Below, piece after piece: positions 25,179-34,713 of a stretch of 61,066 bases of DNA. Origin of the DNA: Elusimicrobiota bacterium (GTDB lineage: Bacteria; Elusimicrobiota; Elusimicrobia; Elusimicrobiales; UBA9959); the NCBI GenBank assembly GCA_027340875.1, contig DAIENX010000104.1:1-61066 (forward strand), in the 5' to 3' direction. Below the pieces are notes generated by a model, which ran no database searches, was not told the DNA's origin, and saw nothing but the letters and a program-made list of their open reading frames with translations. How positions within the stretch are numbered: position 1 is the stretch's first letter; each line of letters opens with the position of its first letter. The position numbers were made by a program, and so were the translations under genes.

Positions 25179-28100
25179 CTAGCGGGCAGCCAGCTCTATT
25201 TCCGCCGAGCGCTCCGCTCCTTCGGAAAGATAGGTCACGGATACTTTCTGCCCGGGCGAGAGCTCTTTCAGCAGGACCGAATAGGCCCTGAGGTCCTCCA
25301 CGGGCCTCCCCTCCAACTTCACGATAACGTCGCCGGCCCGCAGACCGGCCTTCTCCAGCGGGGAGCCGGGAGTTATCTCCTGGGCTCTCACGCCTTTGCC
25401 GGGGAACGCGAAGTCGGGGACCAGTCCCGTTGAGACCTTCCTCTGTCCCGCCGGGCCGGCCGCCGCCGGCTTCCCGGAGGGGCGCGTCAGGAATTCGGAG
25501 TCCCCGGCCAGATAGTCTATTATCTCCCTGGAGAACTCCGCTATCCTCACCATGCCCCGCGTATCCAGCTTGTCCGGGGTGTCGGACGGCTTGTGATAGT
25601 CCGGATCGGGACCGCTGAACAGCTGGATGGCCGGTATCACGGCGGAGATGAAGCTGGTCTGGTCGCTGGAGTCCAGGTCCCCGGCGGGGGCGTTGTCGGC
25701 CCCCGTCACGAAGCCGGCACCCCGGAGCACGTGCACCCACTTGTCGGAGGAGCCGGCGCCTATCGCGAGTATCTTGCCAGAGCCGAGCCTGCCCACCGTG
25801 TCGAAGTTCAGCGCGGCATCGGTCCTTTCCTTTATGTCGCGGGGCAGCGAGGCTACGAAGGCCCTGGACCCGGCCAGGGCGGTCTCCTCCCCGTCGAAAG
25901 CGGCGAAGACGAGGGTGCGCGCCTGCGGATGGGCCGCGTAATACCGGGCCAGCTCCAGCAGCAGCGCGACTCCCGAGGCGTTGTCGTCGGCCCCGGGGTA
26001 TACGGTACCGGCCTTCTCCGGGAGATGGTCGTAATGTGCGGTAAGGAAGACGTATTCCGCCGGGCGGGACGTCCCGCGCACCGCGCCGGAAACGTTGCGC
26101 TCTCCGGGCTTCGCTTCCGGGACGAACTTGTCGGCGGGGAAGGGCTTGAGGCCGGCTTTCCTGAAGGTGCCGGAGATCCGGGCCGCCGCCTTGTCGTGGC
26201 CTTTGGAGCCCGGGGCCCTGCCTCCCGGCAACTCTGCCAGGAAGTAGGCGTCCTCCTTCAGCCGGCTCTCCGAGAAGGCGGAAGGGAGCTCCGCCAGCGG
26301 GGCGCGCTGCGGGTACGGGCCTTCGCCCGGCGAGGGGTCCGCGAAGTCGACCGACAGGGGGGACTTGCGCACCGGCCAGATCCCGGTGGCCACGGAGTTC
26401 ATGCCGGAGTCGAATACCAGCCAGGAGTATTTGCCGTAATGAGGGAGCTTGGAGGCCAGCAACTGCAGCTTGTCGCGGCTGTCGGAAAGTACCAGCGCGG
26501 CCGAACGCTCCGCGGAGGCGGGGTTGAAGGCGGCGAAGACGAAGGTGTTTCCGGCAAGCGGAAAGACGCGGTTGTCCAGCGTGACGGAATCGCCGGAGAA
26601 GACCGCCCCGTAACGGGCCAGCGATCTTTCGAAGTCGGGGGCGAAGCGGTTCTCGCCGCCGAACAGCCAGTAAGAGGCCGCCTCGGGAGGGGCGGGGAGT
26701 CCGGAATCCTCCGCGATAGCGGGAAGGTTGTTCCTGTCCTTGTTCCAGGCCACGGCCAGGTCCCGCCACCGCGCGCCATCCGCTCCGGCGGGGATCAGTA
26801 TAGCCGGCTTCTCCGCTCCGAGGACGCGGGAAAGTGTAGGCGGGGTCTCCAGGGGGTCCAGACGGCGGAACACGTCGAACTCCGGGTCTATCTCCAGACG
26901 CAGCGGCATAACCGGGACCGAATAGTGGAAGGTGTCCTCGGGGCCGGAGACGGACAGCATCTTCATGCGCGGCGCCGGCTGGCCGGCAAGGTAGATGGCC
27001 GCCGGGACCTGCAGGGAATAAGGCGGGCCGTCCTGGACCTGCGCCACGGTAAAGTCCAGATCGTAGCCTTCCGCCGTCCGCGTTACCCTGGCGTCGCGCA
27101 GCTGCAGGGCCGGGGCCCCGGCGCGCCGCGTCCACTGGTCGAAGAACGGCTTGAGGCGGCCGGGGCCGGTCACGGACTCGAAGGCAGCGCGCAGGTGATC
27201 GAAAGAGGTGGTCCGGAAGAGGTTGTCGGCGTAGAACTTCCGGAGACTCTTGCGGAAGGCGTCGTCCCCCAGCATGTTCCGGAGCATATGGTACATCATC
27301 AGGGCCTTGCCGTAGCCTACGGCCTCGGAGGCGGAGGAATGCCTGGAGCGGAACTCCGTCAGCGGGAAGTCGGCGCCGCCGTTGACGTAGTCGGAATATT
27401 TCTGCAGCGTCGTCATCCGGTAGTCGCGGGCCTTTCCCCTGTTCTCGGCTATCAGGTAGTCGGCCAGGTACGACGTAAGCCCCTCGCACCAGTTGCCGGA
27501 GGGGTAGTCGACGAAGACGCCGTTGCCCCACCAGTTGTGCAGGATCTCGTGGGGATAGGAGGTGTTGATGATGAACGGCAGCCGTATCACCTTGCTGCCC
27601 AGCAGCGTGAAGGACGGCATGCCGTAGCCCGTGTCCCAGAAATTCTCTATGAGCGCGAACTTGCGGTAGGGGTACGGCCCGATCAGGTCCGAATACATTC
27701 CGATGTAGCGGCCTGTGGCTTCAAGGTAGCGCTCCGCCAGCTCCCGGTCCGGCTGCAGCAGGAAAGCGTAATACTTGAGGCCGCGCTCCTCGCGGGAATA
27801 CTCGGTATACCTGCCGCAGGTCATGATTATCTCGTCCTGGGGGGTGGAGGTCTCCCAGCGGGCGCGCGTGACTCCGCCCTTCGTTCCATGCTCCGTCCTG
27901 TCTCCTCCCGAGACGGTGTCGTACGGGGCGGGGATGACCGTGTTAAGGTCGAAGGTCACGAGGCCGTCCCCGAACGAGGGATACCACCCGGAAGCTCCGG
28001 AAAGGTAGCAGCCGTCGGCGGAGATTATCCCCGGCGTTTCGGAGAAGCTCCTGGCGTATTCCTGCGCCTTCTCGTCCGGCGGCTGGAAGATGCGGCCGGA

Positions 28101-28418
28101 GTATTTCAGCGTGAAGGACGAGGCCGGCTTCGCGAAGGAGAGCTTGTAGCTGGTGAGTGGGGCCGCGCCGTCGGAATTTATCCCGTAGCGGGCGGCTGCC
28201 CCGGCCGGCAGCTCTTCCAGGGACCCGCCATTTACCGACGGAGACATCCCCTTGTGCAGGCTGAAGACCACCTCCCGCGACGGGGACCGGAGGGTCACCT
28301 TGTCGCTTACTTCTATCAGGGAATCCGCCGGGACTATCCTCGCGTCTATCGAGTGCCTCATGGACGAGGCGGAAGCGGCGGCGGGCAGTAGGGCCAGGAG
28401 AAGGGGGAGAGCGTTCAT
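25179..28418 (-). CDS. Secreted M1 aminopeptidase + M28 peptidase + PDZ fusion
   Basis: GYGMPS, HEILHNWWGN...EGL, YGK; TAHYDH, GADDNASG, FDGEE, SDQ, YH; C-terminal PDZ GLVPDF...AGLRAGDVI. Confidence 0.88.
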   Translation of the reverse strand: MNALPLLLALLPAAASASSMRHSIDARIVPADSLIEVSDKVTLRSPSREVVFSLHKGMSPSVNGGSLEELPAGAAARYGINSDGAAPLTSYKLSFAKPASSFTLKYSGRIFQPPDEKAQEYARSFSETPGIISADGCYLSGASGWYPSFGDGLVTFDLNTVIPAPYDTVSGGDRTEHGTKGGVTRARWETSTPQDEIIMTCGRYTEYSREERGLKYYAFLLQPDRELAERYLEATGRYIGMYSDLIGPYPYRKFALIENFWDTGYGMPSFTLLGSKVIRLPFIINTSYPHEILHNWWGNGVFVDYPSGNWCEGLTSYLADYLIAENRGKARDYRMTTLQKYSDYVNGGADFPLTEFRSRHSSASEAVGYGKALMMYHMLRNMLGDDAFRKSLRKFYADNLFRTTSFDHLRAAFESVTGPGRLKPFFDQWTRRAGAPALQLRDARVTRTAEGYDLDFTVAQVQDGPPYSLQVPAAIYLAGQPAPRMKMLSVSGPEDTFHYSVPVMPLRLEIDPEFDVFRRLDPLETPPTLSRVLGAEKPAILIPAGADGARWRDLAVAWNKDRNNLPAIAEDSGLPAPPEAASYWLFGGENRFAPDFERSLARYGAVFSGDSVTLDNRVFPLAGNTFVFAAFNPASAERSAALVLSDSRDKLQLLASKLPHYGKYSWLVFDSGMNSVATGIWPVRKSPLSVDFADPSPGEGPYPQRAPLAELPSAFSESRLKEDAYFLAELPGGRAPGSKGHDKAAARISGTFRKAGLKPFPADKFVPEAKPGERNVSGAVRGTSRPAEYVFLTAHYDHLPEKAGTVYPGADDNASGVALLLELARYYAAHPQARTLVFAAFDGEETALAGSRAFVASLPRDIKERTDAALNFDTVGRLGSGKILAIGAGSSDKWVHVLRGAGFVTGADNAPAGDLDSSDQTSFISAVIPAIQLFSGPDPDYHKPSDTPDKLDTRGMVRIAEFSREIIDYLAGDSEFLTRPSGKPAAAGPAGQRKVSTGLVPDFAFPGKGVRAQEITPGSPLEKAGLRAGDVIVKLEGRPVEDLRAYSVLLKELSPGQKVSVTYLSEGAERSAEIELAAR

Positions 28419-28525
28419 AGGGATATACTATAATTTTCCGGCACGGGCGAGGAACCGGCGGATCCGCCCGCCAGCGGCGGTAGTGCCCCTCCCGGGGATT
28501 TGGTAGAATCTTGCACGGAGGAACC

Positions 28526-29752
28526 ATGAAACACGCACAGAGGACCGGACTGCTGATGGTGATAGACGCCGTCGGCCTTTCCACGCTGGAGTATCTTCTT
28601 TCGAAACATCCCGGCAAGGTAAAGCTGCCCAACCTGAGCCGCCTCGGCCTGGGAGAGATAGTCCTGCCGGAGTTCGGAAAGCGCCTCGGCAAGGCCTCCG
28701 GCAAAGCTTACGCGGCCCGCGTCAGCCAGGTCTCCGCCACGGCGGACAGCCTGGTGGGGCACCGCGAGATGATGGGCGTGGTGGACCACCGCACCTACGA
28801 CCTGTTCCCCGACGGTTTCAGGAAGGACTACCTGGCGGAGCTGGAGCGCCGCATAGGCCGCGGGACCTTCTACAACAAGATGGCCGGCGGCATGGAGGCC
28901 ATCGAGCTCAACGCCGAGGAGCACGAGCGCACCGGCAAGCCGATAGCCTACGCGAGCAAGTGCGACCCGCTGATCCAGCTGGCGATGAACGAGTCCGTCA
29001 TCCCCGTGGCGGAGCAGCACAAGATAGCCGAAACCGCCTTCGCTCTGGCGATGGAGATGAAGATCCCCATCACCCGCGCGATAGCGCGCGCCTACGTGAA
29101 GAACGAGCAGGGCGAGATCATCCGCACCTCCAACCGCCACGACTCCGTGCTGCCGATAGGCCAGCGTACGCTGGTCGACGTGATGAACGCCGCCGCGGTC
29201 TGGACCGTCGCGGTGGGCAAGACCGCCGACCTGGTCAACACCGCTTACCGCGCCAAGATCAAACTGAACCACGAGGTCTACCTCGATCCTTCGCTGAAGC
29301 TGCGCTTCGTGCACCCGAAGAAGAAGGACACCAACCCGTTCTCCATACAGGGCACCATCAACGCGCTGGCCGCCGCGCACGGAGTGTACCGCCCGAAGGG
29401 CACGTTCATCTTCACGAACCTCGTGGACACCGACAGCGTCTACGGCCACACCCGCGACGTGGAGGGGGCGCTGAAGTCGCTGGAGGAGATAGACCGCTGC
29501 CTGCCGCTGATAGAGGATAACATGGCCAAGGGCGACCTGCTCGGGATCACCGCCGACCACGGCATGCTGCACCGCGAGGACTACGGCTATCACAACAACG
29601 AGCCGCTGCCGTTCATCGCTTACCGCAAGGGCTGCGACCGGAAGCTGGGCGGCCTGAAGACCGGCCTGATGCCGGGCCTCACCGACATCGGCAGCCTGTT
29701 CGCGCAATACTTCGGCCTCAGGTCCGAATACGCGGCCATAGTGAGGAGCTGA
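28526..29752 (+). CDS. deoB: Phosphopentomutase-like enzyme (alkaline phosphatase superfamily), divergent
   Basis: IDAVG, LPNLSRLGLG, DSLVGHREMMG, RAIAR, NRHD, TNLVDTDSVYGH, TADHG; GGAGG SD and TGGTAGAAT at 28501. Confidence 0.72.
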   Translation: MKHAQRTGLLMVIDAVGLSTLEYLLSKHPGKVKLPNLSRLGLGEIVLPEFGKRLGKASGKAYAARVSQVSATADSLVGHREMMGVVDHRTYDLFPDGFRKDYLAELERRIGRGTFYNKMAGGMEAIELNAEEHERTGKPIAYASKCDPLIQLAMNESVIPVAEQHKIAETAFALAMEMKIPITRAIARAYVKNEQGEIIRTSNRHDSVLPIGQRTLVDVMNAAAVWTVAVGKTADLVNTAYRAKIKLNHEVYLDPSLKLRFVHPKKKDTNPFSIQGTINALAAAHGVYRPKGTFIFTNLVDTDSVYGHTRDVEGALKSLEEIDRCLPLIEDNMAKGDLLGITADHGMLHREDYGYHNNEPLPFIAYRKGCDRKLGGLKTGLMPGLTDIGSLFAQYFGLRSEYAAIVRS

Positions 29753-29754
29753 CC

Positions 29755-30900
29755 ATGAGCATTCCCGCCGCCGCCGTCATCCTGCTGCTGGGCGCCCCGG
29801 CCTTCGCCGGGCCTGCGCTGGACGCCCTTCCGCCGGTTCAGGCGGTCCTTCAGGTCCCGCGCCCGCTGCCGCTGGGCGGCGCCGGCCGTCCCGGCCTGGC
29901 CCAGGCGGGCTATAACGCGCTGATCTGGGACGGTAGGCCCGGCGACTGGTACGAGTGGTGGTATTACAAGACCGTCCTTCCCGGGACTGGGCAGGCCTTC
30001 TACTTCTGCTACGGCGTCGTGAACCCCTGGGACCGCGGCCAGACCGCGCCGGCCTCCCGCTCGTATGTAAGCGCCGGCAATTTCGGCGGATCCGAGTCGG
30101 CCGAGCAGGCCTTCCCCGTAAGCGCGTTCTCCGCCTCGGCTTCTTCTACGTTCGTGAAGGTGGGCGGGAATTCTGCCACCGACAAGGCGCTCACGGGGAG
30201 CATCCTGCTGCCCGGCGGGGGGGAGGCCTCGTGGGACATTAAGGTCGAGAAGGACTGGGGCTTCAACGCGATGGGCTGGACGATGTATCCCCAGGGGCTT
30301 TCCAATATCTACTGGTACCCGGCGCAGGCCTCCGCCTACATGACGGGCAATGTCACCTGGCGCGGCAAGACCTACAGGCTGGACCGCGCCCCGGCCTACC
30401 AGGACCGCAACTGGGGCAAAAGCTTCCCGAAGTGGTGGACGTGGCTGGTCTCCAATCACTTCAAAGGCTCTCCCGGTACGGCGCTGGCCGCCGGCGGCGG
30501 GGAGCCCAAGGTGATAGGCGGCATAAACCTGCCTAACGCGATGGGCATAGGCCTGCGCTACAAGGGGCGCGAGTACGCGTTCCGCCTGGGCAGCGGGGAC
30601 TATATCAAACTCGACGTGAATTACGGCAAATGGGAAGTGCGCGCCGCGAACGGCGATGGCGAGCGCATAGAGATAACCGCCTACGCGCCCGAGGAGAAGT
30701 TTCTGCTGCTGAAGTTCATGGCCCCGCAGGGGCGGGAGTTCTACGATTACGAGGCCCTGCTGGGGAATATAAAGGTGAAGCTCTATTCAGGGAGCAGGCT
30801 GATCGCCGATCTCGAATCGGACGAGAGCGGGATAGAGTTCGGTTCCGGGGCGCCGCAGGAGTTCCACCGCCTCTTCGGCACTAAGGTCCCGCTTCACTGA
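29755..30900 (+). CDS. Secreted tocopherol-cyclase-family protein
   Basis: Signal peptide; YEWWYYK, AMGW, YQDRNWGKSFPKWWTW, AAGGG. Confidence 0.75.
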   Translation: MSIPAAAVILLLGAPAFAGPALDALPPVQAVLQVPRPLPLGGAGRPGLAQAGYNALIWDGRPGDWYEWWYYKTVLPGTGQAFYFCYGVVNPWDRGQTAPASRSYVSAGNFGGSESAEQAFPVSAFSASASSTFVKVGGNSATDKALTGSILLPGGGEASWDIKVEKDWGFNAMGWTMYPQGLSNIYWYPAQASAYMTGNVTWRGKTYRLDRAPAYQDRNWGKSFPKWWTWLVSNHFKGSPGTALAAGGGEPKVIGGINLPNAMGIGLRYKGREYAFRLGSGDYIKLDVNYGKWEVRAANGDGERIEITAYAPEEKFLLLKFMAPQGREFYDYEALLGNIKVKLYSGSRLIADLESDESGIEFGSGAPQEFHRLFGTKVPLH

Positions 30901-30909
30901 GCGGACTTG

Positions 30910-30945
30910 AAAGAAGAACCCCGCCTCTCGGCGGGGTTCTTCTTT
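30910..30945. terminator. Bidirectional intrinsic terminator
   Basis: aaagaagaaccccgcc-tctc-ggcggggttcttcttt, perfect 16-bp stem between convergent genes. Confidence 0.85.
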
Positions 30946-30957
30946 GCGGCGTGCGGG

Positions 30958-32088
30958 CTACTTGTAGGCCGGGTCCACGAAGGCCCGGTAGGAATGCGGG
31001 GTGAGGGCGGACCAGGTGTACTTGTTGGCCGGGTTCCAGAGCACCCAGCTCTCCAGCATGTTGCGGCGCGCGGCTATCAGCTGGGCGCGCACTTCCGGCG
31101 GTCCGTAATGCACTCCGAAGAGGGAGAAATCCTGCAGGTAGGGGCGGACCTTGGCGAAATCCATGCCGAGGCGGCCCATAGCGTCCTTGAGCCCGTGGTT
31201 TATCACCCTGTAGGGGCTGGCGTTGGGGTTCTTCAGCCCATAAATGCCGGGGCCGTAATGCGAGGGGTACATCATCGGGTAGATATAGTCCGCTCCTGAG
31301 GCCAGCGTCTTCAGGTCCTGGCCGATGCCCATGTCGTCCGTCGCGGACGTGGTCAGGCCGAACACGTCGGCCGATATCTTCACCTTGTACGGCGTGAGGC
31401 GCTTGCGGGCGTAGCCCAGGAAATCGCGCAGGTTCGTTATCGCGGTGTGCCGGTTGTGCGTCTTGGAATAGCGGCAGAGGCTGGTGTTCCCTTCCGACGG
31501 ATAGCGGATATAGTCGAACTGTATCTCGTCGAAGCCGAGCTGCGCGCAGCGTTCGGCTATGTCCAGTGTATAGGTCCAGACCTCGCGGTTATAGGGGTCC
31601 ATCCAGGTGGCCTTGTTGCTGCTGCGCCAGAGGCCGCCTCCCGGCTCGCGCACGGCGAGGTCGGGGCGCTCCTTAGGGAGTATCTGGTCCTTGAAGACCA
31701 CTATGCGGGCCACGGTGTAGAGGCCGGCCTGCTTGAAGTCGCGGAGCATCTCCTCGGGCCTGGTTATAGCTCCGGTGTAGGAGTGGAATTTCTCGGCCTT
31801 CTGGATGCCGGGGATGTAGACCTTGCCGTCGGTCTCCTTGATAGCCACCACGACCGTGTTTATCACCGAGCCGGAGATCTTTTTTATAATATCCCTGCGG
31901 TTCTTCTCGGCGCCGGCGCCCCACGAGGTGAGATGTATCCCCCTTATGGCGGGGGAGGAGAGCACCAGGGAGCGGATCGCCGTGGTGGAGACCTCCACCT
32001 TGGCGGTCGTGGAGGAGAGTAACGCTGGGTCCGCGGCGCGCGAGGGAGAAGCCAGGAGCAAAAAAAGCGCTGTGAGGAGCATAGGCAT
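30958..32088 (-). CDS. Putative glycoside hydrolase (DUF4015-like TIM barrel), secreted
   Basis: ARIVVFKD, WMDPY, GFDEIQFDYIRYP, SADVFG, IGQD, PMMYPSHY, RPYLQDF. Confidence 0.85.
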   Translation of the reverse strand: MPMLLTALFLLLASPSRAADPALLSSTTAKVEVSTTAIRSLVLSSPAIRGIHLTSWGAGAEKNRRDIIKKISGSVINTVVVAIKETDGKVYIPGIQKAEKFHSYTGAITRPEEMLRDFKQAGLYTVARIVVFKDQILPKERPDLAVREPGGGLWRSSNKATWMDPYNREVWTYTLDIAERCAQLGFDEIQFDYIRYPSEGNTSLCRYSKTHNRHTAITNLRDFLGYARKRLTPYKVKISADVFGLTTSATDDMGIGQDLKTLASGADYIYPMMYPSHYGPGIYGLKNPNASPYRVINHGLKDAMGRLGMDFAKVRPYLQDFSLFGVHYGPPEVRAQLIAARRNMLESWVLWNPANKYTWSALTPHSYRAFVDPAYK

Positions 32089-32129
32089 ATATTTTACAAT
32101 TAAATGGAACGTTAAAGGGGAACCCCAAT

Positions 32130-34616
32130 ATGAAGCTTCTGCAACTCTTACTTATCGGAGCCGTTATCATGCCAAATCCGCTCTCAGCCGCTGACAAGCT
32201 GGTGATACATTATAGCCGTCTGGACCGGACGTACCAGGGCTGGAACCTATGGGTCTGGAACGAAGGGGACAAGAAGCCGGGCTTCGAGCTGCTCCCCTCA
32301 GGGGAAGGCCCTTATGGAGCCTTATACGAGCTGGACCTCGACGCCAGCGGGCTGTCCGGAAAGAGGACCGGCTTCCTGCCGCGCAAAGGCAACTGGGCCG
32401 ATAAGGACGCCCCGGACCGCCTGCTGGATCCCGCCAGGCAGGGGGAGGTCTATCTGCTCGAGGGGGACCCGAAGGTCTATACCTCGCCGCCGGCCATCTC
32501 CACGGCGGTGACCGGCGTCTGGCTGGACTCTCCCGGAACCGTCCGCGTGGCCTTTACCAGGCCGCTGGACAAAGCGTTCCTGGCCGCACAGTCTTTCAAG
32601 CTCCTGCGCGCGGGCGAGACCTTCTCTCCGGCCTCCGCCGATCCCCTCGGCGGCGGCTACTCCCGCGCGGTGCTGCTCTCCTTCCCGGGCCTGGAGGCCG
32701 ACTACTCCGCCATCAACGCCGGGGAATACTCGCTGCAGGCGCCGGGACTGGGAACGGCCACGCTGCGCCTCGGCGACCTGGTCTACGGCCCGGAGTTCAC
32801 GTCGGACCTGCCGATGGGTCTCTCCGGGGATCCGAAGAGCCCGGTCCTGCGTCTCTTCGCGCCGTACTCGGTCAGGGCCGAGGCGCTGGTCTACGGCCCC
32901 GGCGGGACCGAGCCCGAGGTCTACGCTATGCAGCCCCGCGGCAATGGGGTATGGGAAAAGGATTTCGATTTCCCGCTCGAGGGGAAGTCCTACCGCATCA
33001 GGACCGAGCAGAACGGGAAGGTATACGAGGGGCTGGACCCGTACGCGGCCTGCGTGACCGGCGACGCCGGCCGCGCGCTGGTGTTAAAGGACACGACCCC
33101 TGTCGCCGACGCCCCGGTCTTCGACCGTTCCGAAGCGGTGGTCTACGAGGTCCATTTGCGCGACCTCACGATGGACCCGCATTCCGGAGTGAAGAACAAG
33201 GGCAAATACATCGGCGCGGCCGAGTCCGGCACGCGCGACACGGATTTTCCCGGGATCGCCACCGGGCTTGACCACATCAAGGAGCTGGGCGTCAACGCCG
33301 TGCATATACTGCCTATAGAGGACTTCGAGAACGGCGACAGCACGTCCTCCTACAACTGGGGCTACATGCCGGTCAACTACAATTCCCCGGAGGGCTCCTA
33401 CGCCACGGACCCGTTGGACGGCTCGCGGGTGCGCGAGGTCAAGGAGATGGTGGACGCCTTCCACAGGAAGGGCCTCAAGGTGATAATGGACGTGGTCTAC
33501 AATCACACGGCCGAAACCCGTGCCAGCGTGTACAACTTCAACGCGGCCGCGATGGACTACTACTACCGCCTGAAGTCCGACGGCACGTACTACAACGGCT
33601 CGGGCTGCGGCAACGAGATAAGGACCGAGGCGCCGATGGCGCGCAAGTTCATCATCGACAGCCTGCTGCACTGGGTGCGTGACTACAAGGTGGACGGGTT
33701 CCGCTTCGACCTGATGGGCCTGATGGATACGGGGACCGCCGACGCCATCATGGCCGCGCTGAAGAAGGAAAAGCCCGGCATCATCGTCTACGGCGAGCCG
33801 TGGAAGGCCGGCGATTCGCCGGTGAACGGCGTCGGGAAGGGCAGCCAGCGCTCCAAAGGCTATGCGGTGTTCAACGACGGGTTCCGCGACGGGATAAAAG
33901 GCAGCGTATTCTCGCTGAAGGACCTGGGCTACGTGGAGGCCGCGCGCAACAGGGAGGCCGTGATGCGCGGCATCCGCGGAGCGGTGGACGACTTCACCGA
34001 CGGGCCGCTGGAGACGATGAACTACGTCTCCTGCCACGACAATCACACTTTGTGGGACCGCATCGATCTCTCCGTGCCCGAAGAGAAGTATGAGAACAAG
34101 GTCGCCATGGACAAGCTGGCCAACGCGCTGGTGCTTACCTCGCAGGGCATACCTTTCCTCCATGCCGGAGAGGAGTTCCTGCGCACAAAGGGCGGCGAGG
34201 ACAACTCCTACAACCTGCCGGATCCGGTCAACAAGCTCGACTGGGACCGGAAGAAGAAGAACTTCGCGGTCTTCTCCTACTACCGCGACCTGATAGCCAT
34301 GCGCAAGGCGCATCCTGCTTTCCGCATGACCACGGAAGCCCAGGTGCGTGAGGACCTTAAGTTCTACGAGCAGCTCGGCCTGAAGGTACAGCCGCCCGCG
34401 ATCGCCTACCAGCTCTACGGCGAGAAGGTCGGCGATCCCTGGGGACGCATAGTGGTGCTTGTGAATCCCGAAAAGAAGGCGCGCAGTTTCGCTCTGCCCG
34501 GCGGCAAATGGCTCAGGGCCTTCGGCCCGGACGGGCTGGTCAAGGACCCGGGCGCGCCGGTCTCCGGGAATTTCATGGTCGAGCCGCTCTCGCTGGCGGT
34601 GCTGCGTCTGAAGTAG
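32130..34616 (+). CDS. pulA: Type I pullulanase (GH13) with N-terminal pullulanase-associated/CBM domain
   Basis: IHYSR...WNLWVW; YNWGY; DVVYNH; GFRFDLMG; YGEPW; YVSCHDN. Confidence 0.92.
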   Translation: MKLLQLLLIGAVIMPNPLSAADKLVIHYSRLDRTYQGWNLWVWNEGDKKPGFELLPSGEGPYGALYELDLDASGLSGKRTGFLPRKGNWADKDAPDRLLDPARQGEVYLLEGDPKVYTSPPAISTAVTGVWLDSPGTVRVAFTRPLDKAFLAAQSFKLLRAGETFSPASADPLGGGYSRAVLLSFPGLEADYSAINAGEYSLQAPGLGTATLRLGDLVYGPEFTSDLPMGLSGDPKSPVLRLFAPYSVRAEALVYGPGGTEPEVYAMQPRGNGVWEKDFDFPLEGKSYRIRTEQNGKVYEGLDPYAACVTGDAGRALVLKDTTPVADAPVFDRSEAVVYEVHLRDLTMDPHSGVKNKGKYIGAAESGTRDTDFPGIATGLDHIKELGVNAVHILPIEDFENGDSTSSYNWGYMPVNYNSPEGSYATDPLDGSRVREVKEMVDAFHRKGLKVIMDVVYNHTAETRASVYNFNAAAMDYYYRLKSDGTYYNGSGCGNEIRTEAPMARKFIIDSLLHWVRDYKVDGFRFDLMGLMDTGTADAIMAALKKEKPGIIVYGEPWKAGDSPVNGVGKGSQRSKGYAVFNDGFRDGIKGSVFSLKDLGYVEAARNREAVMRGIRGAVDDFTDGPLETMNYVSCHDNHTLWDRIDLSVPEEKYENKVAMDKLANALVLTSQGIPFLHAGEEFLRTKGGEDNSYNLPDPVNKLDWDRKKKNFAVFSYYRDLIAMRKAHPAFRMTTEAQVREDLKFYEQLGLKVQPPAIAYQLYGEKVGDPWGRIVVLVNPEKKARSFALPGGKWLRAFGPDGLVKDPGAPVSGNFMVEPLSLAVLRLK

Positions 34617-34676
34617 GTCAAAGGTCCCAGGAAAGGCCTGGGCCCAAAGACGCTTACGGCGGAGGCCGCCGAAGCG

Positions 34677-34682
34677 TATAAT
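34677..34682 (+). promoter_or_regulatory. TATAAT -10 element upstream of 34714
   Basis: Perfect TATAAT followed by AGGAGG SD. Confidence 0.5.
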
Positions 34683-34713
34683 ACAGTAAAGTTCAGAATC
34701 CAGGAGGCAGTAG

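Noticed and set aside
20526..28391. Long alternative ORFs (804, 794 and 932 aa) and similar ones across the window
   Set aside because: Antisense or off-frame shadows of well-supported genes, expected from high GC3; no recognisable motifs.
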